From NCBI GenBank assembly GCA_000934665.2, contig JYFJ02003386.1:1-42592 (forward strand): DNA of 42,592 nt, in the 5' to 3' direction. Under the pieces are notes generated by a model, which was not told where the DNA came from, searched no databases, and was given only the letters and a program-made list of their open reading frames with translations. The DNA is from Catajapyx aquilonaris. Lineage: Eukaryota. Positions 1 through 11,400 of the stretch are shown here, in pieces (positions within the stretch are counted from its first letter, which is position 1; the number at the start of each line of letters is the position of its first letter). The position numbers and the translations under genes are program-made.

Positions 1-90
1 AACAATAAATATAAATAAAAATTTGCCGCAAGTCGCGCCGTTTGCCGCGCGACATTTTTTTTGTGAAATGGCCTTTAAAGTCTTTTCACT

Positions 91-166
91 CCTCTGATTA
101 TCCGATTGTTTCGGTTATCCGACGATGCCCCAGTCCCGTGGGTGACGGATAATCGAGGTTCTACTG
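91..166. mobile_element. Right end/remnant of a pogo/Tigger-like Tc1/mariner MITE
   Basis: CGGATAATCGAGGTTCTACTG (146-166) followed by TA; degenerate inverted partner CCTCTGATTATCCG at 91-104; same GATTATCCG core as the MITE at 18340-18580. Confidence 0.6.
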
Positions 167-363
167 TATGGTGAAAAGATTCGCCATCTCCATCACCTAT
201 ACGGGAAAAGATTTTCATGGTAACGCCAGATCCTGTATAATTCAACACAACACCTTTTGTCAAATCGTACAGAGATGTATTATTTCACATGAAGAAGTAC
301 ACGTGTAAACGGCTATCAATTTGAACTCTGCCACTGCTCTCCTCATATTTCCTCTCAACTCCT

Positions 364-794
364 TTAGTTCTTTGCTCGTTTATTCGAAGGTTCGCAAGAA
401 CTCTGGTCAGCTGCATCGTTTCTTTGTGGGGCTACTTGATCTGACCTGATCAGGCTAGGAGTGTCTTCCACGAAGCTGAGGAAGTGGTACCTCAAGAAGG
501 GCTCCGCCTCTATTTGGAGCTGTGTCCGGGTCATTCTTCAGGCGATTCAGCATAGCAAGAAACATAGCGTACCGGTACTGTGCCAAAGTAAGCGATTGGT
601 TGAGGTGAGTATAGGCCTCAGGAGGATGCCCAGGATGCAATTTAGTTGCATGGCTACGGGACCTACCGAATCCGACAGGGCATCAATCTGCCCCAGCTCC
701 TGTTCGGGTTGGAAAAACAGTCCAAATTTAGTTTTTGAAATAACACTCAAAATACGGTACCACGAGTAGAACGACAATACATTTGAACTGACAT
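364..794 (-). pseudogene. Main coding exon of orphan gene copy A, frameshifted (MSVQMYCR..PEQELGQIDALSDSVGPVAM..ILGILL/EAYTHLNQSLTLAQYRYAMFLAMLNRLKND../..EPSNKRAKN*)
   Basis: Joining ORFs 547..807 and 455..640 across a 1-bp deletion near 620, with a second shift near 518, gives a peptide collinear with ORF 14876..15196; many synonymous differences. Confidence 0.65.
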
Positions 795-988
795 TTCTGC
801 TTCGCAACCTTATGCTCGCTCATTAAAATTCCTCTGTGCCTCCACAACACTAATGAATCAGCAGGATGTTTTCTTATTTTGTCTGAGGGACTACACTGGC
901 TCTTCAGATGCACAACATTATTATACAAATAATAATTGTTAGATTCATTGTTCAATGATATTATTAATAGCTCTAATTGTTATAGGTA

Positions 989-1184
989 GGGGAAATTAGT
1001 GGAAGTGCTTTTATGGGGCAAGTGCGTATTTGCTTCCAATAGGCCAATTTGAAAGCCAATAAGGTAAGGTATATTGTCTAGTAGTCTACTTTTTTACGGT
1101 TCACTTGCTAATTATTGAGGAAGTAGCATGCCTTTAAACTTCACCTAATCAAAATCCGTACGCACTTGCCACACCGCTTTACCC
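989..1184. mobile_element. Degenerate TA-flanked MITE in the intron of copy A
   Basis: GGCAAGTGCGTA (~1017) versus TACGCACTTGCC (~1159) inverted; TA|GGGGAAA...TTTACCC|TA ends; segment absent from paralogous copy C. Confidence 0.45.
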
Positions 1185-1195
1185 TATTATTACTA

Positions 1196-1224
1196 TTGTT
1201 GTTGTTGTTGTTGTTGTTGTTGTT
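1196..1224. repeat. (GTT)n microsatellite
   Basis: Direct read of tandem GTT units. Confidence 0.95.
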
Positions 1225-1418
1225 CTTGTTCATGTTCAATAATATTCTTGCATGGCTAATTATTTCCATATATACCGGTACTTTTTCTAATCATTTTTGG
1301 CGGGAGATTAGGTCATATATGTGTCTTGTAATGTCGAGATAAATAAGTGCTGTGTCAGAGTTACGGCGACCAGACCATAAAGGCTCCACGCCAATAGATA
1401 AATAAGTACTGCACTTAC

Positions 1419-1545
1419 TCTGAATAAAACGGCCAATAGGTATTCGGATTACATCCTGGTGCTGGTGAAACCTTCTTAAATCTCTCACAAAGATCATGTT
1501 CACAGACTTGGCGTGGAGAGAATGTTGACTAAACTGATAATCCAT
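1419..1545 (-). pseudogene. Putative first coding exon of orphan gene copy A (MDYQFSQHSLHAKSVNMIFVRDLRRFHQHQDVIRIPIGRFIQ)
   Basis: gccATGg Kozak context at 1545, open 127 nt, then GTAAGTGCAGT donor; start context and donor both conserved in copy C (15599, 15460). Confidence 0.5.
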
Positions 1546-2751
1546 GGCAATGGTCAGACAACCATTTACAATCAGGGTACCCAAAACACTTATGGGCCAA
1601 TGACGTTGAGATACAGCGAAGGGCTGTTGAGTCGGTTGAGTCAGTAATTATACATGCTTAGGTATCGAAACCCATGAGTTTGAGGGCAACGTGCGATAAA
1701 AATCCCTGGCTATATGAGAAATTTGACTCAGGCTCGGAAGAGCTTTGACATAGACATCAAAAGACAACCCTTTCTGGGTTTACTGTATAAAAACTAAATT
1801 ACTGTTATTGACTCTTGCAAGGTACCACAATACATGCTAGTATTGGTTAAATTCTCCCATAATTAGTACAGTGTACTGTACTCTATGACAGAAGAATCGC
1901 ATTAACAACAATTCCCTCCTTGGCATCCAGCAGCCGCTCTGTCGACATGTCACGAAAACACAGTGGCGGATCCAGGCAGAATATGGGGAGGGGGGGGGAG
2001 GGGAAGGCACATGGTTGCTGCGATCTCTCACCTATGCCATTCCACATCAGTTCAATGTGAGGACATCGCTTGGTATTTCATTCAAACTTTCTAAAGTGCA
2101 AGTTCTCTTGATTAAACTAATGTGCCCATGACCGTTTGGCTTAAATAAATTTTGCAACGGAGTTACGGGGGATTAAGATTTGCGATTTTTGGCAAATGAT
2201 CTCTGCGAAGATCATATTATTCGCTGACTGCAACAATTTTTAGTAGATGTTGTTCGTAATAATGTCAGATAAGAAAGTGAAACTCAGTTTTCTTTCTATA
2301 TCTTCGAGTTTTACCAATTTCACATGTCAAATTCTTAATTTTGATCGTTGCATTTTGAAATAAGTTTCCATGGTTTTCTGACCATGTGTGACGTAATCAC
2401 CATTACTGGCGTTCCTTGACATAAGGTAAGAAAGATTAATATTATTACGCAAACTCTGAGCCGTGATTTGTCACTGATTAGTACAGATATTACGTAAAAA
2501 TTAAGCGAACCAATTTGACCCCTCTTGTAATCAAGCTCCACTTCGCCCGACTTTGCCATAATTATATCACACATAATCAAGAAAAGGGAGACTCCAATGC
2601 GTCATCTTGGAATGTGATCACGCATAATCACGAGAAATGATATACCGGTACGTACTGTATTATCATGTGTAAAGTGGCCAATCCGTATAGGCTACATCCG
2701 TATCCCTCAATTTCCACTTAAAATATTGATCATTTTTCCACTTACTGTATA

Positions 2752-3536
2752 CAGGGTGTTTCAACTTTCTTGTCCGAGCAGTTATCGGAAATATGTCACT
2801 AAGCTGCTACTTTGTAAGCAGTGTATGCCACTTCAACCTAAGATTCCCATTGCAAGTCACTGCTTACAAAGTAGCAGCTTAACTGTGATAGAGTAACTGT
2901 GGGGACTACTGTCAGTCCCCACAATTTCGATTTGCAGGGTTTCACAAAAGTCCATTTCTCTCAGCCTAGGTTAGTTAGGGTAGGTAAGGTAGGGTAGGGT
3001 AGGTTAGGTAGGGTAGGGTAGGTTAGGTAGGGTAGGTTAGGTTAGTTTACGTTAGTTTACACTAGCTTCGAAAAGTTGAGTTTTCAACGTCCCCATAGCT
3101 TATTGAGGGCAAGTGTGTGGCGGTGTGTGCGTGTGTGTGGAAACTGATGGAGAGACGGAGAGTATGTGGAAACACACAGTTCTGTTCTGAATTAGCTGTG
3201 GGGACGTGAAAATTCAACTTTTCGAAGCTAGTGTAAACTAACCTAACCTACCCAACCCTACCCTACCCTAACCTACCCTACCCTACCTAATCTACCCTAC
3301 CCTAACTCGCCTAGGCTGAGAAAAATTGACTTTTGTGAAACCCTACGAATGAAAATAGTGGGGACATGTCCCCACTATTTTTTCACGTCCCCACTGTAAT
3401 AGTACACAGCGCGTGTGTTCATGAGTGGGGACCTGAAAATGTCCCCACAATTAAATTGTGGGGACACAGGTCCCCACAGCTATAGTAAAATAAAAAAACA
3501 CACAAACTTCCGTCCCCTGAGCTAATTGAAGACCTG
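2752..3536. mobile_element. Tc1/mariner-type MITE (TA|CAGGGTG family) interrupted by a nested foldback element
   Basis: Left end TA|CAGGGTGTTTCAA; internal 24-bp perfect IR at 2800-2823/2858-2881; degenerate right end TTGAAGACCTG|TA at ~3526-3538; related left end at 42438 and internal motif at 5696-5716. Confidence 0.5.
2894..3482. mobile_element. Foldback element with inverted (TAGGG/TAGGT)n arrays and repeated GTGGGGAC/GTCCCCAC motifs
   Basis: Termini TAACTGTGGGGAC / GTCCCCACAGCTA; arms ~2915-3100 and ~3194-3366 are reverse complements, including the pentamer arrays. Confidence 0.8.
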
Positions 3537-5149
3537 TACACCACAGGTGGAATCTTATACACACACTTCTAATTTGTAAACCTTGTGTCTGCAATTAGCG
3601 CTAAGAGAGGATCCTAACAGTGCAAATGAAACAGCCATTAAATCATCAATTACAGCTTATTATAGACCTACATAATGAGGGGTCTACCCACGAATGGTGC
3701 TGAAAAGTGAAGGCATTTGATCAAAAGCGTGCCTCTTACTTGTACTTTTTTACACATGCCCGCACATGCCTATTCCCTGTGTACAGTACATGAAGCGTGC
3801 TCCACACGCAGCTCTGGTTCGTTCATACGCTCCCGAGTGGCGCCACCTAAAGATGACTTGGACCATCAGCGCGGTACGCACTAATTTAAACGTTTCTCTT
3901 AACTGAAATGGGTTGTAAAACAGGACTTGGAATCTGATCTATCAGAGAAACGCAAACGGATCGATGGATGAAATGGGTATACGAAAGCCCTGTAGTGCAA
4001 ATCTTATAGGCCTACCACTTCTCTCACAGGCTGCTTTAGAAAAGATTGATTCTAGCACACTTCAGTGAGCACCCCCCCCCCCCAGCCTCATCCNTCCCCC
4101 CCAGCCTCGCCTTTTGTACTCTTTGATAGCAGGATTTCCGAGCAGCCATGAAAAGAGACGTCGATTCTTTTGAGACCGACTCAAGTCGTGATATTCACTG
4201 ACTCAAATAATTATAATCTCCATTGAGAAAAAGTCGTCATATCTGGGGGTTGGGCTTCTCGGAATGTTAATGTAATTAATCCCGTCTCTTGGTCGGATTA
4301 AAGTGTTGACATTCTGGTCAAGTTTGCCCATTTCCGTGTTTACAACCCAGAGCACTCGGAAGTGCTAGGTGAGTCCGAATGAGCAATAGGCAGTGAAAAT
4401 GTGGGCTTAAAAGGAAGAGTAAAATCAGGGTGGTAACGGGGCGCGACGCAAAACTCGTCGAAAAATGGAGGCTGCATGGTAATGGGGGAAGAGAATTTCC
4501 AAGCATGTCTTCAAGGAACGTTTCCGCTCGATTTTGGTGCGACGAATTTACGATGCACATGCCGACAAAATGATGGGAGAGTTGGAGGAAAAATGGCGTC
4601 AGTTTCTCAACCTTCCAGCTGTGTTATGCAATTTTACGGACGTCTTCCTCTGCGTCAAATGGACGAGTAAATGGACCGTCGTCATCGCCACGTATTATAT
4701 CGGACTTGATGCAACCCAAGCGGAACACTAAGGCTAAAAGAGTCCCAACAACTGAGGGGGCGACATGACTCGGAGTGGGATTCAAACAGGTAGGCGGACA
4801 CATCATATTATGCTCAATAGAGCATTGGCAAACACGTCGACGTGTTGTTATTAAAGCGTCCACACGAATTTAGGAAAGCCAAGCGTAAACAGATGACGCA
4901 TAAGGTTTGTTGGAAATATGTTTATGATGGTTGACTTTTACGGCCACGTTCGTGCCGGTGTTTCACCTGTGGTGGTTCGAAAATCGACATTTTGACTGGG
5001 AGGTTGGAAAATACTGTCAAAACGAGGAGTTTTGTAATATACCGTTTCATTCTGTGACCTGTTTTGAATATGCCAATCGTAGACGTGGCTAGACTATTGA
5101 GGCAGCCAAAATATTATTTAGTGTTTGTGCAACAGAGTCATTGTGTTAA

Positions 5150-5232
5150 TGAGTGTGAGGTACGAGTGTGAGTAGTGTGTGTGAATACGAGTTACAGAGT
5201 TAATACGAGTGTGAGGTACGAGGTGTGGGTAC
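5150..5232. repeat. Degenerate short tandem repeat (TACGAGTGTGAGG-like)
   Basis: Several imperfect GAGTGTGAG/TACGAG units. Confidence 0.6.
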
Positions 5233-5287
5233 ATTAATGTCAGCATCCATATATGCGCACATTATATTTTTTAAATACTAAAACGAA

Positions 5288-5575
5288 GGGGCGGCGTGGT
5301 GGTCTATCGGTTACGCCGCTGGCCAGCCAAGCGGGAGGCCGTGGTTCAAATCCCGTCCCCGTCACCTCTGCTTGGCCAGGTCTTTTTCCACTTTTCTCCC
5401 GACATGACGGAGCAGAATTGCACTCCCTTCTCTGCTCGGGGCCAAGAGAAAAGGCCTGGTGTTAAAGAATGTCAGAAATGGCTATCGCACGGAGCTCTCC
5501 CTTGGGAACTTCCCCTTTCCCCTTAAGAGGGCCACGAGCTCTAGCTATCACGGGGTATTAAACTATTTAAAAAAA
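5288..5575 (+). mobile_element. tRNA-Gly(GCC)-derived SINE
   Basis: Head GGTGGTCTATCGGTTA..CTGGCCAGCCAAGCGGGAGGCCGTGGTTCAAATCCCG resembles eukaryotic tRNA-Gly-GCC, with A box (TGGTCTATCGG) and B box (GGTTCAAATCC); ~200-bp unrelated body and A-rich tail. Confidence 0.8.
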
Positions 5576-6246
5576 GATAAATAGAGCCTGATCGGAAATT
5601 CATTGCAATTCAGAGTATATGGAGCTATGGTTCAAATAGGCATAATTATGAGCAGTTAATATTTTATAATGCTACCTAGAACTACTCCATATCAACTGCT
5701 TAAAAAGAAGCAGCTTAATTCAAAAGAATTGCTAAACATGACCTACATGTGATCCTATCCCATAGGTGATGGAGATGGTTTTTTTCACCATACATGTAGG
5801 CCTATACGTATCTCCATTAAAAAGTCAATTGGGGTCAGATCTGGGCTTCTGGGGGTGCTAGGCATTGGGAATCTTCTCATTCAAGACTTTGCAGTGTTCG
5901 CACACTGGGGGGCTGAACAAATGAAACTTTGCTACGGCAGGATTATTAGGCTATTATTTTCATGGATGAGGCGACTTTTTATGTGCATCATCAAGAACAA
6001 TGTGTGTGGTGTTAAGACTCATCATCTCCAGTGCCTACGGGATAGGATCACAATGGTACCGGTAACTCCAGGTATGATTGAGCGGGTTCGGCTCGAGACC
6101 GAATGCCGTCTTTTTTATTTAGCTTTGCGATAAATTACGCTCATATCGAAACAAAGTAAGGCGAGACGAAAACCTTAAGATATTTCTTAGTACTTCAAAA
6201 CTTAAATCATTTAGACACTGTATGTCTGCAAATTTTCGAATTATAG

Positions 6247-7358
6247 ATGCTATTGGTTACATTCTGCCATGATTTATTATACTATATGACCGAAGAATCG
6301 CATAAACAAAGATTCCCTCCTTGGTATCCAGCTGCTCTGTCGACATGTCACGAAAACCCAGTGGCGGATCCAGGGAGAACATTGGGGGGGGGGGGTGATC
6401 TAGCCTAGAACATGGCCGCTGCGATCTGTCATCTATGTCATTCCACGTCAGTTCAATACAAAAAAGCCCTTGGTCTTACGTACATTCAAACTTTGTAAAG
6501 TGGAGGTCCTGTACCCTATAAACTGACGTGCCTATTACCTTTCGGCTGAAATAAATTATTACGGGCGGGATTAAAATTGACAATTTTTGGCAAAGAATCC
6601 CTCCCAGTATCATATTAATTTTCCTCTGATTGCGACAATTTTTAGTGGATGTTGTTTGTAATAATGTCAGAAAGAAAAGTGAAACTCACAAGGGAAGTGT
6701 AAGTGTTGTCCATGGAGTTTCTGAATGAAACTTGGCACAATAATATAGGCAGGTAAGTTCAAGGGTAAGTTATTAAAGAAAATCGAAACAATTTAGGCGA
6801 ATGCCCACAAGGTCAATAGTTATGACCTCTCGAACTCCCAAGGGACACTTTCCAAGGTCTCGCCGATTTTCTTGAAATTCGGTACATAGGTAGGCCACCC
6901 CAATAAGGGATGAAAAACGCACCTAAAGTGACCTGGTCAAAATGACCCGGTGACCCCTTTTTGGGGGCTACCAATGCACCGAATTTCAAGAAAATGGGGA
7001 GTTTTCGGCATTTAAAAGTTGACCTCTGCCCCCCAAAAATGGGTCACCGCCGGGTCATGTTGATCAGGTCACTTTAGGTGCGTTTTTCATCCCTTGGGGT
7101 GGCCTACCAATGTACCGAATTTCAAGAAAATCGGTGAGACCTTGGAAAGTGTCCCTTGTGAGTTCGAGAGGTCATAACTTTTGACCTTGTGGGCATTCGC
7201 CAAAATTGTTTGCATTTTCTTTAATAACTTACCTGCCTATATTATTGTGCCAAGTTTCATTCAGAAACTCCACGGACAACACTTACACTTCCCTTGTAGT
7301 TTTGTAGTACCGTATACTATTTTCGGGTTTTGAAAAATTCCGCATGTCAGATTCTCAA
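6247..7358. repeat. Local segmental duplication, copy B (upstream region only; split by foldback insertion)
   Basis: Collinear with 1834-2338, e.g. GCTCTGTCGACATGTCACGAAAAC.CAGTGGCGGATCCAGG and GTAATAATGTCAGA.AGAAAGTGAAACTCA. Confidence 0.9.
6688..7297. mobile_element. 610-bp foldback (palindromic) non-autonomous element
   Basis: ACAAGGGAAGTGTAAGTGTTGTCC...GGACAACACTTACACTTCCCTTGT, ~270-bp near-identical arms; absent from paralogous site GAAACTC|AGTTTT at ~2279-2291. Confidence 0.92.
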
Positions 7359-8043
7359 CTGTAGGCTACATTTTTATAGTCGAAAATTATGACAAGAGAA
7401 ATATGAGTAGTTGTATTATTTTGGTTTTTTAAAATTTTTACTCAATCGTCGATAATTATAACTTAGAGCCTGATTTTTCATGATTCCAATAATTATTATT
7501 GTCCATACGATAAACTGGAATAATGATATTATTGTGTCCAAAATCACAATTCCCATTGTCATCATTGCTGAAAAATCATTAATTTTATTAAAGATTTATT
7601 TGAGTGAACTACTACATACGTATAAGTTATATTAAACGTAATTCAACGTACGTATATATTCAACTCTTTAAGAATCAGGCACAATCTACCATTCCCCGAA
7701 AAAAAATCTAATTCTTGCATCTTCTGTCTTGATTTTAAAGTTGAATTGGCAACATGAAATGCTGATATTCGCAGAACCCAAATACTGTATATTGGTTACG
7801 TGTATACAGAACAAAACTGAGTTTCAACAAACAACTTCACCTATAAACATTATGGTGGTCGGAGGAAACTGTTATGCTATTTTTGAGGAGGGGAGGTCAA
7901 CCTTTACCGTCTCTGTGTGATACACCCACGCATACTGCCCTTATAGTCATGATAATTATGCATGGGCCCTTCAATTGCAATTTCCCCAGTTGAAGACATT
8001 GCCCATGATCCATTTGGAAATTACAACAATGGTTGAACATATA

Positions 8044-8467
8044 CAGGGTGTATCTGAACTCAGTGCCCCGACGTATATGACTGCCTTCCTAGCCACCAGA
8101 GGATCGATTTAAGTATAGGAGTCATATGTCTGGGCAGCCTCATTACGGAGATAATTGGCCGCAAACATGTAGTACAAAATATCCTGTCGGTTAGGCCACC
8201 CATCGAACCCTCCCCCAGTCAGAAGGCTCTGGAAGGTCTGGGGGCCGGACTTTGTTGGTTTGTTGCCCACAGGTGGTAAGGCCTCTTTGGCTAGTTACAC
8301 CAGAAAGTTCTATTTAAAAGTCAGAAGGAGCGATTAGGCAAAAATCGCTAAAGAGTGTATCTCAGTAATGAGGCTGCCAAGACATATGACTCCTATATTT
8401 AAATCGATCCTCTGGTGGCTTGGAAGGCAGTCATATATGTCGGGGCACTGAGTTCAGATACACCCTG
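8044..8467. mobile_element. Tc1/mariner MITE, 424 bp, ~110-bp TIRs, TA TSD
   Basis: TA|CAGGGTGTATCTGAACTCAGTGCCCCGAC...GTCGGGGCACTGAGTTCAGATACACCCTG|TA. Confidence 0.93.
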
Positions 8468-11400
8468 TATACATACCATACTGTATATTATTAATTCCAG
8501 ATACCCCACCCACCTACTAGCAATAACACGAACATTAGCCCTACGTGTAAATAGCGTTTGATACCAAAAAATTGCTCTGCTGGAGGAGTCAGTTGTGGAT
8601 TATATTACTATGCCGGGAGGATAGCCTATGCATAGGTCCATCTGTTATTTCGGTAATTTGGAAAGAGTAGTAAAATTATGCTAGATTTTGTTAGGCATTT
8701 TTTTTTTTTGCTAATTTTTGTTTTTTATGTTGGGGAAAACATTTTATCAAATACTTCTTGGCATGCTTTCGAACATTATTTAAGGAATCTGCGACATTGT
8801 GTGAATATTTTTCTGGAAAAGGAGCAAATTTTTCGGCTGGAACTTCAGACTTTTACAAACATGACGTCGGCTCATCAAAGCTCTTAGCTGTTTTTTGGCG
8901 AAAAATTGCAGATATAAATTGTAGACCTACCACTAGTCACATTCCTTTGTCTCTCTTCTTCTCTATGCATATGCATTCTGAAAATAGCTAAAAAGTCTGC
9001 ATGCATCAAATATTCTTCCTGAAATCCCCTTAAGGAAAAAAATATTGATTGAATATTATTGTCTCAATAAAATAATTAACCATACTCACTATGCTTATTC
9101 CGCTTTAAGTTATATTTAACTCGATAATGTCAACACTCTCCACTAAGCTATTGCTCTAAAACGAATCCCGGATCTAACGAAATTGTCAAGCAATAAGTCC
9201 GTAATTAAAAATGGCCCTCTCCCTCCTATGTTATACCCTGCAAAGTGCTATCAACACAAGTGTTAATAAAACGAGCCAAAGGGTTTAGCTAGACTTAGGT
9301 AAGTTGACGCCTGCGCAGCAGATATATGGAGGGAGAATGGGAGGAGGGAGTTTCCCCTCTTCCCCCCCCCCCTCTTCCCCCCTCCCTCCCATTTGTGCTA
9401 TACCCCTTTAGAACCACCTGTTGCGCTGGTTCAGACGCCAAACACTCAGTTGCGGGTTGGGTGGCAGCCCGGCACCAACCCAGAGGGGCTGAAACAGCGT
9501 GTTCCTGGGAAGTCCCACCCGCCAACCCCCCGAATATCCGGAGACACATCATGGCAAGTTCAATGTGTGTGTTGTGATTGTTAGACTAATGACATGTTTT
9601 AAGGTGGGGGATAATTGAGGCGGGGTTGGTGTTTATTAATTGTTGCAAAGTGATTGCCAGTGTCCGTTGTTAGGCCAGCTCTAGGGGTGTATAGGTGATT
9701 GTATTTATAATATTTGATCTCCTCTTATTATATAATCCCCAGTGCTTATATTCCGTTAACTAGAATGATACATTTTTAAATAGATCTTTAAAATAACAGG
9801 CATCAGAGGCAATATGAGATTGATGTTAATGTTTCCCGCCGCGCAGGGCAGCTAATCGTGCGATGCCAAGTTAATTACATAAATATTACGCGCGCAGTAA
9901 TGTTGTGCAACTTGTAGGTAAATTATATGCAGGACTTTCGATTTACATCGGCATGAAATGTAACAATATATCCGCAATATAAAAATGTGTAGCTGTTATG
10001 CAGGTGTTGGGTTTGCAAAACTTGGCATAACATAAGGACTAGAATGCGTTATTCTGTAAACAATGGGTAAACGACGGCCAAATAGGACCCAATAAACGAA
10101 GTTTATTGCCCATAAAAAATTAAAACATTCGAATGTGCAACACACAAAACTGGTTAATTGCCAGTTAAACGGTTCAGATAACTTATCGGATTCTGAATAT
10201 GAATGAAAATGTTTCCACTGAGTCATGTTTATGTACACACATATTACGCATACAATGCACACGAAAAACTTCATCTCATAATGGATAATGGAAGTTTTTT
10301 TTAACAACCTCAGTTGGTTTTTTTCCCCTCCTCCAGCTACTTTTACAGCAGTAACCAAAACGTAGGCTACATACGCCAGCAACATTTCCGCGAATTATTT
10401 TTCGGAAGCTTGCACCTTCCTAATGGAACTAATTTTGCAGACATCGTTTTAAAGGTTGCGGTTTCACATTATTATACATCCAGCTCTGTATAGTTCCGTA
10501 CTCATGCCCGAGGTCAGCCTAGAATTTTCCAAAGTGGTATAATTCCGCCCGAAGGATGTAATATATCGTGGCAGCAAAGTAAAGTGCTCCACATGATGGC
10601 ACAGACCAATGGGCATTAACATAGACCAAATTTTAGGAAAAGTATTATTAAAATAATAAAACGGATTAAACCTCCCTTTTGAATACCCAGCGTAAATCAT
10701 TCGCTGCGGAATCATGGCCATTTTTGCATTTACGACACATGTGTCTGGTAGTTTCGTAACCAAAGACCACCGTAAAAGCCAGGTGTTAAAAGTGGCCAAT
10801 ATGAGCGCGTCCCAGGCTTGGACACGACTATGAATGAATAGAGTCCGGGGCATTTCCAGGTGCATGGGATGGGTAAAGTGTCGGCTTTGAAATATGCTTG
10901 GAGTATCCCAATTAATTACAAGCAGCGGAGCAAATGTTGAAACAACAAGGTGCGGTTGAGAGTGGAGTAGACAATCCTTCCATCCCACTGTTCATAGATA
11001 ATGGGAGCCTCGGATCCATTAATCTATGCTTAGGGCCACTGCCTGTCTCTTTTCACTTGTTCCTTCCGTCCGATTTACTCTCAGGAAGTATTGGGCCGAC
11101 ATACCTCTGGGCTGGTATACACAAGAAGTGTGGAAAATTTACACGATGCGGGTTTTTATTTGAAAGGATTTAGCAAAATAATTAAAGTGTGATTTGTCTT
11201 GCGGGTGATACGATTATAATAGGGCGTGAAATTCATTAGGATCTGATTGGTTTACGCACCCGGTTTACCCTGGTAGCAATAAGGGCATGAGCTGAGCGCT
11301 TCTGAATAATTTGCATTACCTGAAACTGCATTCCAGGGAATTATACCTGTAGTGGAGGCAAAATTGACTTGGTGCGGAGATTATATCAGCGTTTTTTAGT

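Larger units (their letters stand above)
234..2338. repeat. Local segmental duplication, copy A
   Basis: ~234-1868 aligns collinearly with 14726-16555 (e.g. ACAACACCTTTTG, CAATACATTT.AACTG.CATTTCTGC, GGTACCCAAAACACT, TCAGTAATTATACATGCT); 1834-2338 aligns with 6247-7358. Confidence 0.85.

Noticed and set aside
2970..3305. Telomere fusion site or true interstitial telomere
   Set aside because: Arrays are short, mixed pentamers embedded symmetrically in an element's inverted arms
5291..5366. Functional tRNA-Gly gene
   Set aside because: Acceptor and anticodon stems pair poorly and the sequence continues into a SINE-like body and tail
7380..7640. AT-rich stretch with a short hydrophobic minus-strand reading frame
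   Set aside because: Under 60 aa, and I/F/N richness follows from base composition
10464..10988. Longest ORF (174 aa, minus strand)
   Set aside because: No recognisable motif, paralog or splice support; composition looks like translated non-coding DNA
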